A DNA stretch of 64,000 bases from Oligoflexia bacterium (GCA_030432875.1 JAUILP010000004.1:4548-68547); one strand, 5' to 3'; positions 10,653 to 21,652 are shown, numbered from the stretch's first letter. A program made the numbers and translations. The notes: a model not told the origin generated them from the letters alone.

Positions 10653-11051
10653 AGAAACTCCTCATCAACAAAAATTTAAGAACAGCAGCAACAACATAGT
10701 TCGCTAATTTGAATAAAATAGCATAGTCTTTTTATAAAATCAATATAATAATTTATATTTTATTAAAATAATTTTTTATTATAATAAAATATAGCAATAT
10801 TCTATAGATACAAATAGGCCGTTACTGGGGCTTAATCATGGCGTAGGATTGGGTAAATTAAAAATATTGGTGGGAAAGGGAAGTAAAGGAAACTCTTGGC
10901 TCAGTTTAACTCCCAAAAAGAAAATGTGGCGCTCTTTCGGTTAGCACCGAGGGAATAAGAAATAGAAAATATGCTAAGGAAAATAACCAAAAATGGCAAA
11001 ATAGCAAATTTTTTACTGACTTTATTTGCCTGTCATTGAGGGATTTACAAC

Positions 11052-11079
11052 TTGCGCTTTGAGAGGGGTAGAGCATAAT
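11052..11079 (+). promoter_or_regulatory. candidate sigma70-type promoter upstream of clpP
   Basis: TTGCGC-N16-CATAAT about 75 nt upstream of the clpP ATG. Motif match only. Confidence 0.3.
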
Positions 11080-11153
11080 ATATAAGGTGCGGCTTTTTTA
11101 ATAATTTTTTACATAATAATTTTCCAAAATTTTAAGATACAAGGAGCTGAAAG

Positions 11154-11762
11154 ATGGCGTTGATTCCAATGGTTGTTGAACAGTCAAATCGCGGTGAGAG
11201 AGCCTGGGATATTTACTCAAGACTCCTTAATGACCGGATAATTTTTTTGGGAACTCCTATTATGGACGAAGTCGCTAATGTGATCATTGCGCAGATGCTG
11301 CTTTTAGAGGGTAAAGATCCGGAAAAAGATATCCATCTTTACATAAATAGCCCTGGGGGCTCGGTTACAGCGGGTCTTGCCATTTATGATACGATGCAAA
11401 TGATTCGCTCTCATGTTCGTACCTATTGTATTGGCCAATGTGCGAGTATGGGGGCGTGGCTTCTCGCTGCAGGGGAGCCTGGTAAACGATTCGCTCTTCC
11501 TAATGCGCGCGTGATGATTCATCAACCACTGGGTGGAGCGACTGGTCAAGCAACTGACATTGAAATACAGGCCACAGAAATACTAAAGCTGAAACAAAAA
11601 ATGACAGGAATTTTGGCAAAACATACGGGGCAACCATTTGATAATATTCTGGAACATATCGATAGGGATAAATTCATGTCGGCTGAGGAAGCTAAAGAAT
11701 ATGGAATTGTCGACGATATAATAAGGCCTGGCCAAAAATCGGTAAATGAGGATGGTCAGTAA
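11154..11762 (+). CDS. clpP: ATP-dependent Clp protease proteolytic subunit
   Basis: Strong similarity to ClpP ([18 protein letters not shown], catalytic Ser in CASMGA, His in MIHQP). RBS AAGGAG. Confidence 0.97.
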   Translation: MALIPMVVEQSNRGERAWDIYSRLLNDRIIFLGTPIMDEVANVIIAQMLLLEGKDPEKDIHLYINSPGGSVTAGLAIYDTMQMIRSHVRTYCIGQCASMGAWLLAAGEPGKRFALPNARVMIHQPLGGATGQATDIEIQATEILKLKQKMTGILAKHTGQPFDNILEHIDRDKFMSAEEAKEYGIVDDIIRPGQKSVNEDGQ

Positions 11763-11801
11763 TTCAAGAACTAAAAAGAAAACACCAAGCTATTTGGAGT
11801 A

Positions 11802-13124
11802 ATGATGGCTAGTAAAGACTCAAGTTTGCATTGTAGTTTCTGCGGAAAAAGCCAACGCGAAGTGCGCAAACTCATCGCTGGGCCAAACGTTTACATTTGT
11901 GATGAATGTATTCAGCTTTGCAATGACATTATTGCTGAGGAAGTCGAAAAGGAAGAAATTCTAAATCCGACGGGTAAAGTTCCCAATCCTAAGGATATAA
12001 GGCGCATTCTTGACGACTTTATTATTGGGCAAGATCTTGCTAAAAAGACGCTCGCGGTTGCTGTGCACAACCATTATAAGAGGATTGAAAGCAATCTAAA
12101 AGAAAAGAGCGATGTCGAGCTCGTTAAATCCAATATACTTTTGATTGGACCTACAGGAAGCGGTAAAACCCTGCTTGCCCAGACACTTGCTCGCATTTTA
12201 AATGTTCCTTTTACGATTTCAGATGCCACCAATCTTACGGAAGCAGGATATGTTGGTGAGGATGTGGAAAATATCATCCTTAATCTTCTACAAGCTGCTG
12301 ATTATGATGTGGAAACGACTCAAAGGGGCATAGCGTATATCGATGAGATCGATAAAATTGCCCGCAAAGGGGAAAACCCATCCATTACCCGTGATGTTTC
12401 TGGAGAGGGTGTGCAGCAGGCGTTATTAAAAATTATTGAAGGAACAATTGCTAATGTTCCACCTCGAGGCGGAAGAAAGCATCCACAACAGGAATTTTTA
12501 CAGGTAGATACTTCTAATGTACTCTTTATTTGCGGCGGGGCTTTCGCCGGTCTAGAAAATATCATTGCCGAGCGCATTGAAGTTAGCTCATTGGGCTTCG
12601 GTGCTGAAGTGACCTCTAAAAAGAAACGTGAACTCAACAAATTATTTTCCCAAGTGAGAACCGAAGATTTAATGAAATTTGGTCTCATCCCAGAGTTTAT
12701 AGGACGCCTTCCCGTTCTTTGTGCTTTAGAGGAGCTCACAGAAGAAATCTTGGTCCAAATATTAACAGAGCCGAAAAATGCGATCGCCAAGCAGTTTAAA
12801 AAGCTCTTTGAACTTGAAAAAGTAGAGCTGAAATTTACTGAGGGTTCGCTGCGTGCTGTTGTCAAAGAAGCTCTAAAAAGGAAAACGGGAGCACGCGGGC
12901 TACGTGCCATATTAGAAGGTGCCATGCTCGAAATTATGTATGAGGTGCCAAGCCAAACCGACTTAAAAGAAGTTATTATCACTGAGGAAGTCATACTTGG
13001 AGCTGCCGAACCGATTTTAGTGTATCTCAGCGAAGAAGAAAAACTCGCGCGTCAAGCCAAACAAGAAAAGGCAGAGGCTGCAGCGGCTGGCGTAGCTCGG
13101 GATCTAAGCTCAAAAACACTGTAG
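11802..13124 (+). CDS. clpX: ATP-dependent Clp protease ATP-binding subunit ClpX
   Basis: N-terminal zinc finger CSFCGK...CDEC, Walker [12 protein letters not shown]-like loop LGFGA, and GARGLR near the C-terminus. Confidence 0.97.
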   Translation: MMASKDSSLHCSFCGKSQREVRKLIAGPNVYICDECIQLCNDIIAEEVEKEEILNPTGKVPNPKDIRRILDDFIIGQDLAKKTLAVAVHNHYKRIESNLKEKSDVELVKSNILLIGPTGSGKTLLAQTLARILNVPFTISDATNLTEAGYVGEDVENIILNLLQAADYDVETTQRGIAYIDEIDKIARKGENPSITRDVSGEGVQQALLKIIEGTIANVPPRGGRKHPQQEFLQVDTSNVLFICGGAFAGLENIIAERIEVSSLGFGAEVTSKKKRELNKLFSQVRTEDLMKFGLIPEFIGRLPVLCALEELTEEILVQILTEPKNAIAKQFKKLFELEKVELKFTEGSLRAVVKEALKRKTGARGLRAILEGAMLEIMYEVPSQTDLKEVIITEEVILGAAEPILVYLSEEEKLARQAKQEKAEAAAAGVARDLSSKTL

Positions 13125-13682
13125 TTTTTCCTTCTTTTTCGCCAGTCTTGCAAACACATAATTTAGTCCACCAGGTTATAGGAAAATTGGCCTTGGTGGG
13201 CGGTTCATGTTTAATCAATGAAACATCTTCTAGTCCTGTAAATTGCTGAGGTGGCTGAAAGGCTACGCGAATCAAATAGTTTTAAGTAAACAAGTAGTAC
13301 CTAAGGGCGTAGAGAAATGGGATTTCACCAATGCCTTTATTAAAACATACAGATAAGGATTTCTTTTTAGTTTTTCTTTCCTGCTGTTAACTCATTGAAG
13401 ATTATTTAGTTTCACGAAGCCTCTTGTGGTTTCCCCAAAGGAAAATGCGTAATAGCCCCCTTTGCTTTGTTGTGGCGATCATATAAAATGAAATTATATA
13501 GAAAAATTAAAACCTAACGATTAGGGCGCGAGGTTTACTTCCCTCAAGTGGGGGATTTTGGTGAAAAATTTAAAATTTATAGTATGTTGGACAACGCAAA
13601 TAGAAAAAACTATGTTGCGATAGTCACTTGACCAGAGCTAATAGGATATTAGATTATAACTCTTAGCATTTTTTAGGGAGAA

Positions 13683-16343
13683 ATGATGAGTTTACCTTAC
13701 AATGACATGATGGATGGCCAAAAAATAACGATCCCCTTGCTGCCGCTTAGGGACATTTTGGTATTCCCCACCACTGTCGTGCCTTTATTTGTGGGCAGGC
13801 CAAAGTCGATTAATGCTTTGGAGCAGGCCATGATGACGGATAAACGCATCTTACTTGCCGCGCAAAAAAAAGCCAAAACTGATGATCCTGGACCGGAAGA
13901 TATTTATCGGATGGGGACCTTGGCACATATCCTCCAACTTCTAAAACTCCCTGATGGCACGGTAAAAGTTCTGGTAGAGGGTAAAAAAAGAGCGAAAATT
14001 AGCCAGTTTAGCCCGCAAACTGATGCCTACTTACTTGTCGATGCTGCTATCTGCGACGAGACCAAGAGCACAGAGGTGAACAACGAGGCTTTAGTGCGTA
14101 CAGTTAAGGGCGCTTTCGATAAATACGTGCTCCTCAATAAGCGTATTCCTCCAGAGATGCTGTTATCCATTTCTCAGATTGATGATGAATCTAAGCTAGC
14201 GGATACTTTGATATCGCACCTGACATCGCTGAAGCTCACCGATAAACAAGCCCTTCTCGAAGAGCTTAATCCTGCTGCCCGACTCGAAAAACTCTACGGT
14301 TATATTCAGTCAGAAATTGAGATAATTAAGGTCGAGAAGAAAATAAAAGCCCGTGTTAAGCGCCAAATGGAAAAAACACAAAAGGAATACTATCTCAATG
14401 AGCAAATGGCTGCGATTCAAAAGGAGCTTGGTGAAAAAGAAGATGGGCGCAGCGAAATTCAGGAAATTGAGCGGCAAATAAAAAAGAAAAAGCTCAGCAA
14501 AGAAGCCACGGAAAAGCTAACAAAAGAAGTTAAAAAACTAAAGATGATGTCTCCCATGGCAGCAGAAGCCACCGTTGTGCGCAATTATATTGATACAGTC
14601 TTGTCTTTACCTTGGGGTGAGTACACTGAGGAGATCACAGATGTCAAATATGCGGAAGAAATTCTTGAACGAGATCACTATGGTTTAGAAAAAGTTAAGA
14701 GTCGCATCCTCGAATACCTTTCTATTTATGCGATATCTGAAAATGTCAAAGGTCCGATAATTTGTCTGGTTGGTCCTCCTGGCGTGGGAAAAACATCTCT
14801 GGCTAAAAGTATCGCGGAGGCGACCGGACGAAGTTTTGTGCGGATTTCTTTGGGTGGTATTAGAGATGAAGCAGAGATTCGTGGTCATCGCCGCACCTAT
14901 ATAGGCTCTATGCCTGGAAAAATCATCCAGGCGCTAAAAAAAGCGGGAAGTGCCAATCCGTTAATACTTCTTGATGAAATTGATAAACTCTCTTCAGATA
15001 ACCGTGGTGACCCCTCATCAGCTCTGCTTGAAGTTCTTGACCCAGCGCAAAATCATACTTTCAATGATCATTATTTAGATGTCGATTTTGATTTATCACG
15101 CTGCTTGTTTTTTGCAACAGCAAATACGATCCATAGTGTGCCGCGTCCCTTATTAGACCGTATGGAACTCATAACTCTCTCAGGATATACGGAGGGAGAA
15201 AAAATCAGCATTGCTAAGAGTTACTTGGTTCGGAAACAGCTTTCAGAAAATGGAATGCCTGCTGATAGCCTTGCTTTTTCTGATAAAGCACTCAAAGAAT
15301 TAGTGGATTACTATACCCGCGAATCTGGCGTCCGGAATTTGGAGCGCAGCATTGCCTCAGTCATTCGCAAAGTGGCGCGTTCGCACCTCATGGAACTCGC
15401 TAAAAAAGTAGATAGGGAAAATCATAAAAAGCAAAAAGCAGCTGGACCAACCAAAGAAACCAAGTCTCAAAACGTGATTGACTTAAAATCTAAAGAATCT
15501 CCAGCAGAAGCCGTGGCTCACGTAGAAGGTGAGAAAAATGGCGTGAGCAATGGGGATCATGTTGAGACTTACAAGCCTCTAAATTTGAGAGATATGATGA
15601 AGGGGCGCGTCATTAAGGATAAGATAACTGAGAAAACTATACAGAATTTACTGGGACCAAGGAAATTTAGGATCGGTCTCCAAGAGGACCACGATCAGGT
15701 TGGTATTTGTACGGGACTCGCCTGGACAGAAGTTGGCGGTGATCTTCTTGCGGCGGAAGTAGCTGTTTTGCCTGGCAAAGGAAAAATTATCATCACCGGA
15801 AAACTCGGTGAGGTTATGCAAGAATCGGCACAAGCGGCCATAAGCTACGTGAGGTCTCGTGCGGCTTTCCTGGGCCTAGAAACTGATTTTTATCAAAAAA
15901 TTGATATCCATATCCATGTTCCCGAAGGTGGCATTCCCAAAGATGGTCCTTCTGCAGGCATTTGTATGGCTACGGCGATTACGAGTGCGGTAACAGGTAA
16001 ACCGGTGAGTCGCCACGTTGCTATGACTGGAGAAATCACTTTGAGAGGACGTGTCTTGCCAATTGGTGGCCTAAAAGAAAAAATATTAGCCGCACATCGC
16101 GGTGGTATAACCAAGGTTATTGTACCTAAAGATAATGAAAAAGATTTGGCTGATATTCCGAAGTCAATTTCCAAAGTTATGCGTATGATTCCTGTGGAAC
16201 ATATGGATGAAGTTCTGTTGCATGCTTTAGCGTGGCATTATGATTCTGCGGTGGCAAAAGTCCAGGATGAGCTTTTTGACAAGCTTAAAAACATCAGCAA
16301 ACTAAAACTCGAAGAATTAGAGCTTAATTTCGCTCCTCACTAA
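13683..16343 (+). CDS. lon: Lon protease (LonA type)
   Basis: LON N-domain, Walker [10 protein letters not shown], catalytic PKDGPSAG with downstream Lys ([10 protein letters not shown]). At 886 aa it carries a Lys/Glu-rich insertion between the AAA+ and protease domains. Confidence 0.97.
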   Translation: MMSLPYNDMMDGQKITIPLLPLRDILVFPTTVVPLFVGRPKSINALEQAMMTDKRILLAAQKKAKTDDPGPEDIYRMGTLAHILQLLKLPDGTVKVLVEGKKRAKISQFSPQTDAYLLVDAAICDETKSTEVNNEALVRTVKGAFDKYVLLNKRIPPEMLLSISQIDDESKLADTLISHLTSLKLTDKQALLEELNPAARLEKLYGYIQSEIEIIKVEKKIKARVKRQMEKTQKEYYLNEQMAAIQKELGEKEDGRSEIQEIERQIKKKKLSKEATEKLTKEVKKLKMMSPMAAEATVVRNYIDTVLSLPWGEYTEEITDVKYAEEILERDHYGLEKVKSRILEYLSIYAISENVKGPIICLVGPPGVGKTSLAKSIAEATGRSFVRISLGGIRDEAEIRGHRRTYIGSMPGKIIQALKKAGSANPLILLDEIDKLSSDNRGDPSSALLEVLDPAQNHTFNDHYLDVDFDLSRCLFFATANTIHSVPRPLLDRMELITLSGYTEGEKISIAKSYLVRKQLSENGMPADSLAFSDKALKELVDYYTRESGVRNLERSIASVIRKVARSHLMELAKKVDRENHKKQKAAGPTKETKSQNVIDLKSKESPAEAVAHVEGEKNGVSNGDHVETYKPLNLRDMMKGRVIKDKITEKTIQNLLGPRKFRIGLQEDHDQVGICTGLAWTEVGGDLLAAEVAVLPGKGKIIITGKLGEVMQESAQAAISYVRSRAAFLGLETDFYQKIDIHIHVPEGGIPKDGPSAGICMATAITSAVTGKPVSRHVAMTGEITLRGRVLPIGGLKEKILAAHRGGITKVIVPKDNEKDLADIPKSISKVMRMIPVEHMDEVLLHALAWHYDSAVAKVQDELFDKLKNISKLKLEELELNFAPH

Positions 16344-16456
16344 CTGAAACTCTATCAAGCTAGGGGAAAAACAGTAGTGAGGAAAGAAAAAGGCAAGAGT
16401 TTATTTGTGTGCTTGTGACTGGCGCGAATCTCAAAATATAGAGTGTTGTTAAATTC

Positions 16457-17893
16457 ATGGCTCAGCATCGCACAAAAAAAAGTGATAAAAAAGAGCTAAA
16501 ATCAAAATTACAAGCTTTTGGTCCCGCTAAAACAAAAAAGGCAGGAAAGACTTCAGAATCTAAAAAGGTTTCAACCTCATCTTCGCGCTTTTTAGTGGAT
16601 GGGGAGGGAGCGATTAAAAAAGCATCACCAAATAGGCGATCCCCGAACAACCAAGGTTTAGGGGCAGGCTCCCGCAAAGTTAGAAAGTCCCCAGTACCTT
16701 CTTTAGAAGAAAAAGATTTTAAAAAATATGGCGCTGCTACTAAAAAAATAAGCGCTAGTGATCAAGAAAAGAAATATCAAAGTCCTGATCCCCATGATGT
16801 TGTCCGTTTTGTCGAGGAATTAAAAAAACAGTGGATGGCTACGGTTGATGCTCTCATTGATCCCCTTATGTGGGTTGATCGAGAATATACCATTCTCAAG
16901 GCAAATACGGCGCTATGGCGTTCAACGCGTCTCCCAAGTGTTAGGGATGTTATCGGTAAAAAATGTTACCGAGTTTTTGCGCGACGCACTAAACCTTGTG
17001 AAGGCTGTTTAATGACTAATTCTGCTAGTTCAGGACTGCCTAACCAGTATTTCTTAGACGAAATCGACGAAAAGGTTTATGAGGCAAGCTCACAGCCGGT
17101 TTATGATAGCTCAGAGCAACTTATGGGGGTGGTTCAGGTATACCGCGACCGTACGGAATCGCGACGCCTTCAAGAAAAATTAGCGCAAAGTGATAAACTT
17201 GCTTCGATAGGGCAGCTGGCAGGTGGTGTCGCACATGAGCTCAACAATCCTTTGGGGGGGATATTAGTTTTTTCACAAATGCTCCTAAAGGAAATTCCCG
17301 CAGATTCTACTTTTTATCAAGATGTCAAAGAAATTGAAGGTGCTGCCCTACGCTGTAAGGATATTGTCGATGGTCTCCTTGATTTTGCTCGCGTCTCACC
17401 CAAATTGGGGCAAGGATTTTCGCAACCCTTAGAACCCGTCGACCTCCGAGAAGCTATAGACCAGGCGATTCATTTTGCCCAGGTTGGGGGGCGGTTTAAA
17501 AATAGAAAACATATTATTAAAAATAATCTTACTAATGATCGACTGTTTGTGCTGGGCCAAAAAAACAAAATCATCCAAGTCTTCCTCAATTTTATTCAAA
17601 ATGCCTTGGACGCCATGCCTAAAGGTGGTTCTTTAATGGTGAGCCAAATGGCTGACAAAAAGGATTCTAAACGCATTTGTATCAGCTTAAAAGATACAGG
17701 AATAGGTATGAGTGAGGAGCAGCTTAAAAAAGCTTTTGATCCTTTTTTTACGACAAAAGATCCTGGCAAGGGAACGGGACTTGGGCTCGCTATTTGCTTT
17801 TCGATGGTCAAAGATTTTGGTGGAGAGATTGAGCTAAAAAGTACCGTTGGGAAGGGAACCCAGGTTAAGGTTTGGTTAGTTGCGAGTCCTTAG
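16457..17893 (+). CDS. cytoplasmic sensor histidine kinase (PAS-HisKA-HATPase) with Lys-rich N-terminal tail
   Basis: H-box GGVAHELNNPLGG, N-box QNALDAM, and G-boxes DTGIGM and GKGTGLGL. The PAS-like region carries CYRVFARRTKPCEGC. No TM segment and no adjacent response regulator. Confidence 0.9.
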   Translation: MAQHRTKKSDKKELKSKLQAFGPAKTKKAGKTSESKKVSTSSSRFLVDGEGAIKKASPNRRSPNNQGLGAGSRKVRKSPVPSLEEKDFKKYGAATKKISASDQEKKYQSPDPHDVVRFVEELKKQWMATVDALIDPLMWVDREYTILKANTALWRSTRLPSVRDVIGKKCYRVFARRTKPCEGCLMTNSASSGLPNQYFLDEIDEKVYEASSQPVYDSSEQLMGVVQVYRDRTESRRLQEKLAQSDKLASIGQLAGGVAHELNNPLGGILVFSQMLLKEIPADSTFYQDVKEIEGAALRCKDIVDGLLDFARVSPKLGQGFSQPLEPVDLREAIDQAIHFAQVGGRFKNRKHIIKNNLTNDRLFVLGQKNKIIQVFLNFIQNALDAMPKGGSLMVSQMADKKDSKRICISLKDTGIGMSEEQLKKAFDPFFTTKDPGKGTGLGLAICFSMVKDFGGEIELKSTVGKGTQVKVWLVASP

Positions 17894-18120
17894 GGTCAGT
17901 GGTCCTATTCAGTTTTTTTTAAAAAAATCGCAAGTGCTTTGTCTAATTGCTTATTTTTCTGTATTTTGTGTTTTAACAATTAATTACCTGGATACAGGTT
18001 GCCCCAAAAAACATAAAATATGTGTCTCCAAAGACGCTTCTAATTATGATAAAATATTTACTTAATCATCGAAAAATAGGAAAAATGCATTTTTAAGAAA
18101 CCTTTTTATGAGGAGTTTTT

Positions 18121-18189
18121 GTGAAAAAAATTTTAATGATTGCGTGTGTTGGTCTGCTTTTGCAAAATTGCAAAACAACAGAGGAATAA
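18121..18189 (+). other. 22-codon mini-ORF encoding a lipoprotein signal peptide, ending in TAA in frame with the next ORF
   Basis: AGGAG lies 5 nt upstream of GTG 18121. Translation is VKKILMIACVGLLLQNCKTTEE*. The TAA at 18187-18189 abuts ATG 18190 in the same frame. Confidence 0.6.
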
Positions 18190-19269
18190 ATGAGTCGTCC
18201 CAAAGGCATGGTTACTGTAACACAAATAAGACCCGTTATTATCTTCCAAGAAAGACCAAGTTCTGATGATAGTTTTGTCGGTTCAATGTCATGGGATATG
18301 GGAGGGAGAGAGAAGACGGAAGGGAATAATTGGGATAAGGCTGAGGATGACAGTTTGAACGCTAGTAGTTCAGGCAATTTTGTACAAGGCTGGTTAGCTT
18401 TAAGTGGCAATGAAGACCATCCAGGCAAGCTTAAATTGAACCAAACCATTGTGGTAAACCCAGAAGTTTATATTGATCTCAATAATCCAACTTTTTTTTA
18501 TAATAATTCTGTTACGCAGGGCCCTTCGACCTGTAGGAGATATTGGCTAGAGCGACAGGACGGTTTTAAAACAGATGTGGGAATATTATGCTGGGAAAAA
18601 ACATTTTCATTAGAGTCTGATTGGGGAAATGATCCTATGAATGTAATGGTGACCTATGGGCAAAGTGCCTCAATTAACGTGCGAGGTTCCAGGATTTATT
18701 GGCTTTCCAAATCTGAAAGAAATACAGCTGCTTGTGACATGTTATCCAAACAATTGGTTCTTATAGAAAAAAGACACTTTAAAGATTTAACGGGTGCTAC
18801 GCCTTGGATTAATTCTGGATATAAACATGGTATTAGAGGAGTGGAAAGTTGGGATTGGAGTGGAAGTCATTCAACGTGTTCTGATTCGGCAAGAAAATTT
18901 TTCGCTGAGGTCCTCGCTTCTTGTGAAGGCGCAAATAATTTAAGAGTAAAGGATAAAACAGTTGTACAATTATGTAATACCTCCCTCGAAGAAGGCAGCT
19001 TGGGTAGAATCAATACCCGCGTAAAAGATCTTACTGGACAACTTAATTCTAATGCAAATCAAATTGTTTTTTGCACTGAGCCCGTAACCAGGGTGTTTTT
19101 TTCCCAAGGGGATGAAATGCTTACTGAAGATCAAGCGCCTCTAGATGATGATGCCTATGTTGGCTTCTGCCCAAATGGCGTGGATGTGGAGGCAATTCAA
19201 CCTGGAATCCCTGACCGTTGTCTTAATGGGGCATCAGCCATAAATTGCAAAGAAGTCATCAATTGGTGA
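18190..19269 (+). CDS. hypothetical Cys-rich protein (probably the mature part of an interrupted lipoprotein gene)
   Basis: 359-aa ORF with many Cys and no signal peptide of its own. An in-frame upstream lipoprotein signal mini-ORF precedes it (see 18121-18189). Confidence 0.6.
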   Translation: MSRPKGMVTVTQIRPVIIFQERPSSDDSFVGSMSWDMGGREKTEGNNWDKAEDDSLNASSSGNFVQGWLALSGNEDHPGKLKLNQTIVVNPEVYIDLNNPTFFYNNSVTQGPSTCRRYWLERQDGFKTDVGILCWEKTFSLESDWGNDPMNVMVTYGQSASINVRGSRIYWLSKSERNTAACDMLSKQLVLIEKRHFKDLTGATPWINSGYKHGIRGVESWDWSGSHSTCSDSARKFFAEVLASCEGANNLRVKDKTVVQLCNTSLEEGSLGRINTRVKDLTGQLNSNANQIVFCTEPVTRVFFSQGDEMLTEDQAPLDDDAYVGFCPNGVDVEAIQPGIPDRCLNGASAINCKEVINW

Positions 19270-19486
19270 TGTTACTCTGGAACCCTTAAGATTAATTTTT
19301 AAGTTCCTTATCTCAAGAGTTAACCAAGTTCTGTGAACGATAGCAGAATTGCTCAGAAATTTTTTCAGAATGATTGTAGCCGCTCGGGACTCTCAGAGGA
19401 TTTGAAAAACGCCAGCTTGTCGTCGTCTTTTTTAAATATGCTTAGTCCAAGTACCTCCCGGGCTGGATGAAACTCGCTAAAAAATA

Positions 19487-19512
19487 GGGGAGCAAAGCTA
19501 ACTTTGCTCCCC
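19487..19512 (-). terminator. rho-independent terminator of the 19539-20132 gene
   Basis: Perfect 11-bp stem GGGGAGCAAAG-ctaa-CTTTGCTCCCC, followed on the minus strand by TATTTTTT, 27 nt after the stop codon. Confidence 0.8.
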
Positions 19513-19538
19513 GCATATTATATTCCCTGCAGCACAAA

Positions 19539-20132
19539 TTATTTATAGAGAGAAACTTCGCAGGTTCCCCAGACTTGTAGAAAAGTGTTGCCGCTATCAG
19601 AGAAAAAGATGAAGCCGCTTGACTCATTGCCTAAGCAGTTTGTCGAGGTCTTGATACAGACACCACTACCTAATGCACTCATAGCATTTGTAGATAATTG
19701 GCAAACTTGATTGTTGCCACAGGTTGCCAATAGTCCTTGTAGTGAAACGCTATTACAAGATACCTCTGGGGGGTGAAATTGCCCAGGATGCTGATGAGGT
19801 TTAGAATTCTGACCGGGGCCTTGTTGTTTGGGGCTGCAATCTTTGCCCTTGTCACAACCTTTGCCTTGGTTTGGCGTTTGACCTGGCGCTTGTTGAACTG
19901 GTTTAGGCGTCTCTTTTTGCTGCTGAGTTTGGTCAGCAATAACTTTTACCGAATTTTGAGACTGAGCACCTGACTCGCCTGCTGCGGCAAATCCTGTCCC
20001 TACCGTGGTTTGGGTTGGCGCTGGGTTGTCTTTTTTAGAGCTTTTGCTCGATCCACAAGCGACAAGAGCGCTTGCGAGAACAACACCAGTGACAGTAAGC
20101 CAAAGACTTGCATAATTTTGGTTCGATTTCAT
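19539..20132 (-). CDS. hypothetical lipoprotein with Q/P/G-rich low-complexity region and Cys-rich C-terminus
   Basis: Signal peptide with lipobox (LASALVACG). ATG 20132 lies 6 nt after AAAGGAG; the track start at 20138 is less likely. Confidence 0.65.
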   Translation of the reverse strand: MKSNQNYASLWLTVTGVVLASALVACGSSKSSKKDNPAPTQTTVGTGFAAAGESGAQSQNSVKVIADQTQQQKETPKPVQQAPGQTPNQGKGCDKGKDCSPKQQGPGQNSKPHQHPGQFHPPEVSCNSVSLQGLLATCGNNQVCQLSTNAMSALGSGVCIKTSTNCLGNESSGFIFFSDSGNTFLQVWGTCEVSLYK

Positions 20133-20848
20133 AGGCATCTCCTTTCAGATGTACACCTTTACACACTTCTTAACTTAGGCAGGGAACTACTACCTTCTGG
20201 TGTGTACGTTAATTTATGGTCACGCATACATTGCGCAGAGGTCTTTTATCAGAGTTTAAAAAATTTTCCAATACCATCACGGTAATTATTTTATAACCAC
20301 CATGAATGTTATGTGTTTTTTGTATGAATTAATTTTTATTTTTTTTGTTTTGTGTTGACTTTTTAGAAAGTGTCAATTTTTTTGACAGATGTTGACAAAA
20401 TAGACATCAAAATAAATCTCTTAAACTTCAGTTAACGTGCTTAATTTACCAAAAATTTAGAAACCCCAAAAAAATAAGGGATGAAAGCGAGCACGAAAAT
20501 CTTTGAAAGATAAACTGCAGATCTTGCTAAGTATCCGGCCAGAATCAATTTGTAGTAAGCACGCCTAATGAGTCAGCAAATTTTTTTCCTCTGAGAAATA
20601 TAGTCAAAAGCTGTTTTAGCACACTTCACTTAGGCTCGTTTTAATTTTCGTGCAGATGACCATTGACGGTTATTTTTCATCCTCGCAAAAAAATGGTTTT
20701 CTTTTTGTCAAAAATACTTAAAATTTAATTTAGATAATCAAGTTTTATAAATTTCATTTGCCCATACAAAGATGGACCGTGCGTTAGTAAACTCCCAAGG
20801 ATGTTTTGGAGGGTGTTCATATTTTTTGTTTCTAAGGAGGGAAGAAGA

Positions 20849-21652
20849 ATGTTGAAAATGAGAAGTGGTGCTTATTTTTTTGCTATGGTGGCCTTGGGAC
20901 TTGGGTTTCTCGGGTGTGGAGATGTCCAGCATCAAAACACGGACGATAGTCAGGTTGAGATTTGGGGCGGTGTTCCCACAACGCCAGGGAACTGGGAGAC
21001 TACTGTTGCCCTTACGGACGGGAGAAGAATGTTCTGTTCTGGCACTGCGGTACATCCTAGGCTGGTGATTACCGCTGCTCACTGTGTAAAAGGGTCGGGT
21101 AAGATTAGGGTATATATGGGCAACGGCGTGAAAAGTGGTAAGGTCTCTGGACAATATGCCGTGAGTCGTGCGAAATATTCGCCCAAATGGAGCGGTGATG
21201 GTGATAATGACATTGCTTATTTGGTTTTGGCAGAGGATATTGATCTTCGTTCCGATCAGTATGTCCCTATTTTAGTCGATAATGATGAAATTAAAGAACT
21301 AATTAGCATTGGCAAACCCGCGCAGTTAGTTGGCTTTGGCATTCGCTCTTATGGTTTTTTAGGATTGTTCCCAAAAATGGGTGAAAAATATGAAGTTGAA
21401 GCCCCTATTACCAAAATAGTCGGCCATGAGGTAGAGATCGGCGGCAATGGAAAAGATTCTTGCCAAGGCGATAGCGGAGGTCCCGCATACGGACGTCTTG
21501 CCAATGGAGAATGGCGTGTTTATGGTGTCGTCTCTCGTGGTGGACGCTGTGGTGGCGGCGGCGTGTGGGGCGTAATGCATCATAATATTTGCTGGGTGAG
21601 CCAGGATTCTGGTGTTGATTTGGGCTTGCCTGCTGGGTACTGTTCAATTTAA
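20849..21652 (+). CDS. secreted trypsin-like serine protease (S1 family)
   Basis: Catalytic triad motifs TAAHC, NDIAYL and GDSGGP. Lipoprotein-type signal (LGFLGCG). ATG 20849 is preceded by AAGGAGG. Confidence 0.9.
   Translation: MLKMRSGAYFFAMVALGLGFLGCGDVQHQNTDDSQVEIWGGVPTTPGNWETTVALTDGRRMFCSGTAVHPRLVITAAHCVKGSGKIRVYMGNGVKSGKVSGQYAVSRAKYSPKWSGDGDNDIAYLVLAEDIDLRSDQYVPILVDNDEIKELISIGKPAQLVGFGIRSYGFLGLFPKMGEKYEVEAPITKIVGHEVEIGGNGKDSCQGDSGGPAYGRLANGEWRVYGVVSRGGRCGGGGVWGVMHHNICWVSQDSGVDLGLPAGYCSI

Noticed and set aside
10690-10830. Extremely AT-rich block with ATAAT/TATAA iterations upstream of clpP, considered as a repeat array or origin-like element
   Set aside because: There is no defined repeat unit or spacer periodicity and no DnaA boxes. 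It is best explained as a low-complexity, promoter-proximal AT tract.
12320-12994. 224-aa antisense ORF inside clpX, and similar antisense or alternate-frame ORFs inside the kinase, lon, topA, the FG-GAP gene and the Lon-like gene
   Set aside because: The opposite or other frame encodes strongly conserved, motif-bearing proteins. These ORFs have no RBS or recognisable motifs and are typical shadow ORFs.
13125-13682. 558-bp clpX-lon spacer inspected for a sigma32-type promoter, a leader RNA or a small gene
   Set aside because: There is no convincing CTTGAAA-N13-15-CCCCAT motif and no stable conserved-looking structure. The only ORF (13027-13275, minus strand) overlaps the clpX 3' end and looks spurious.
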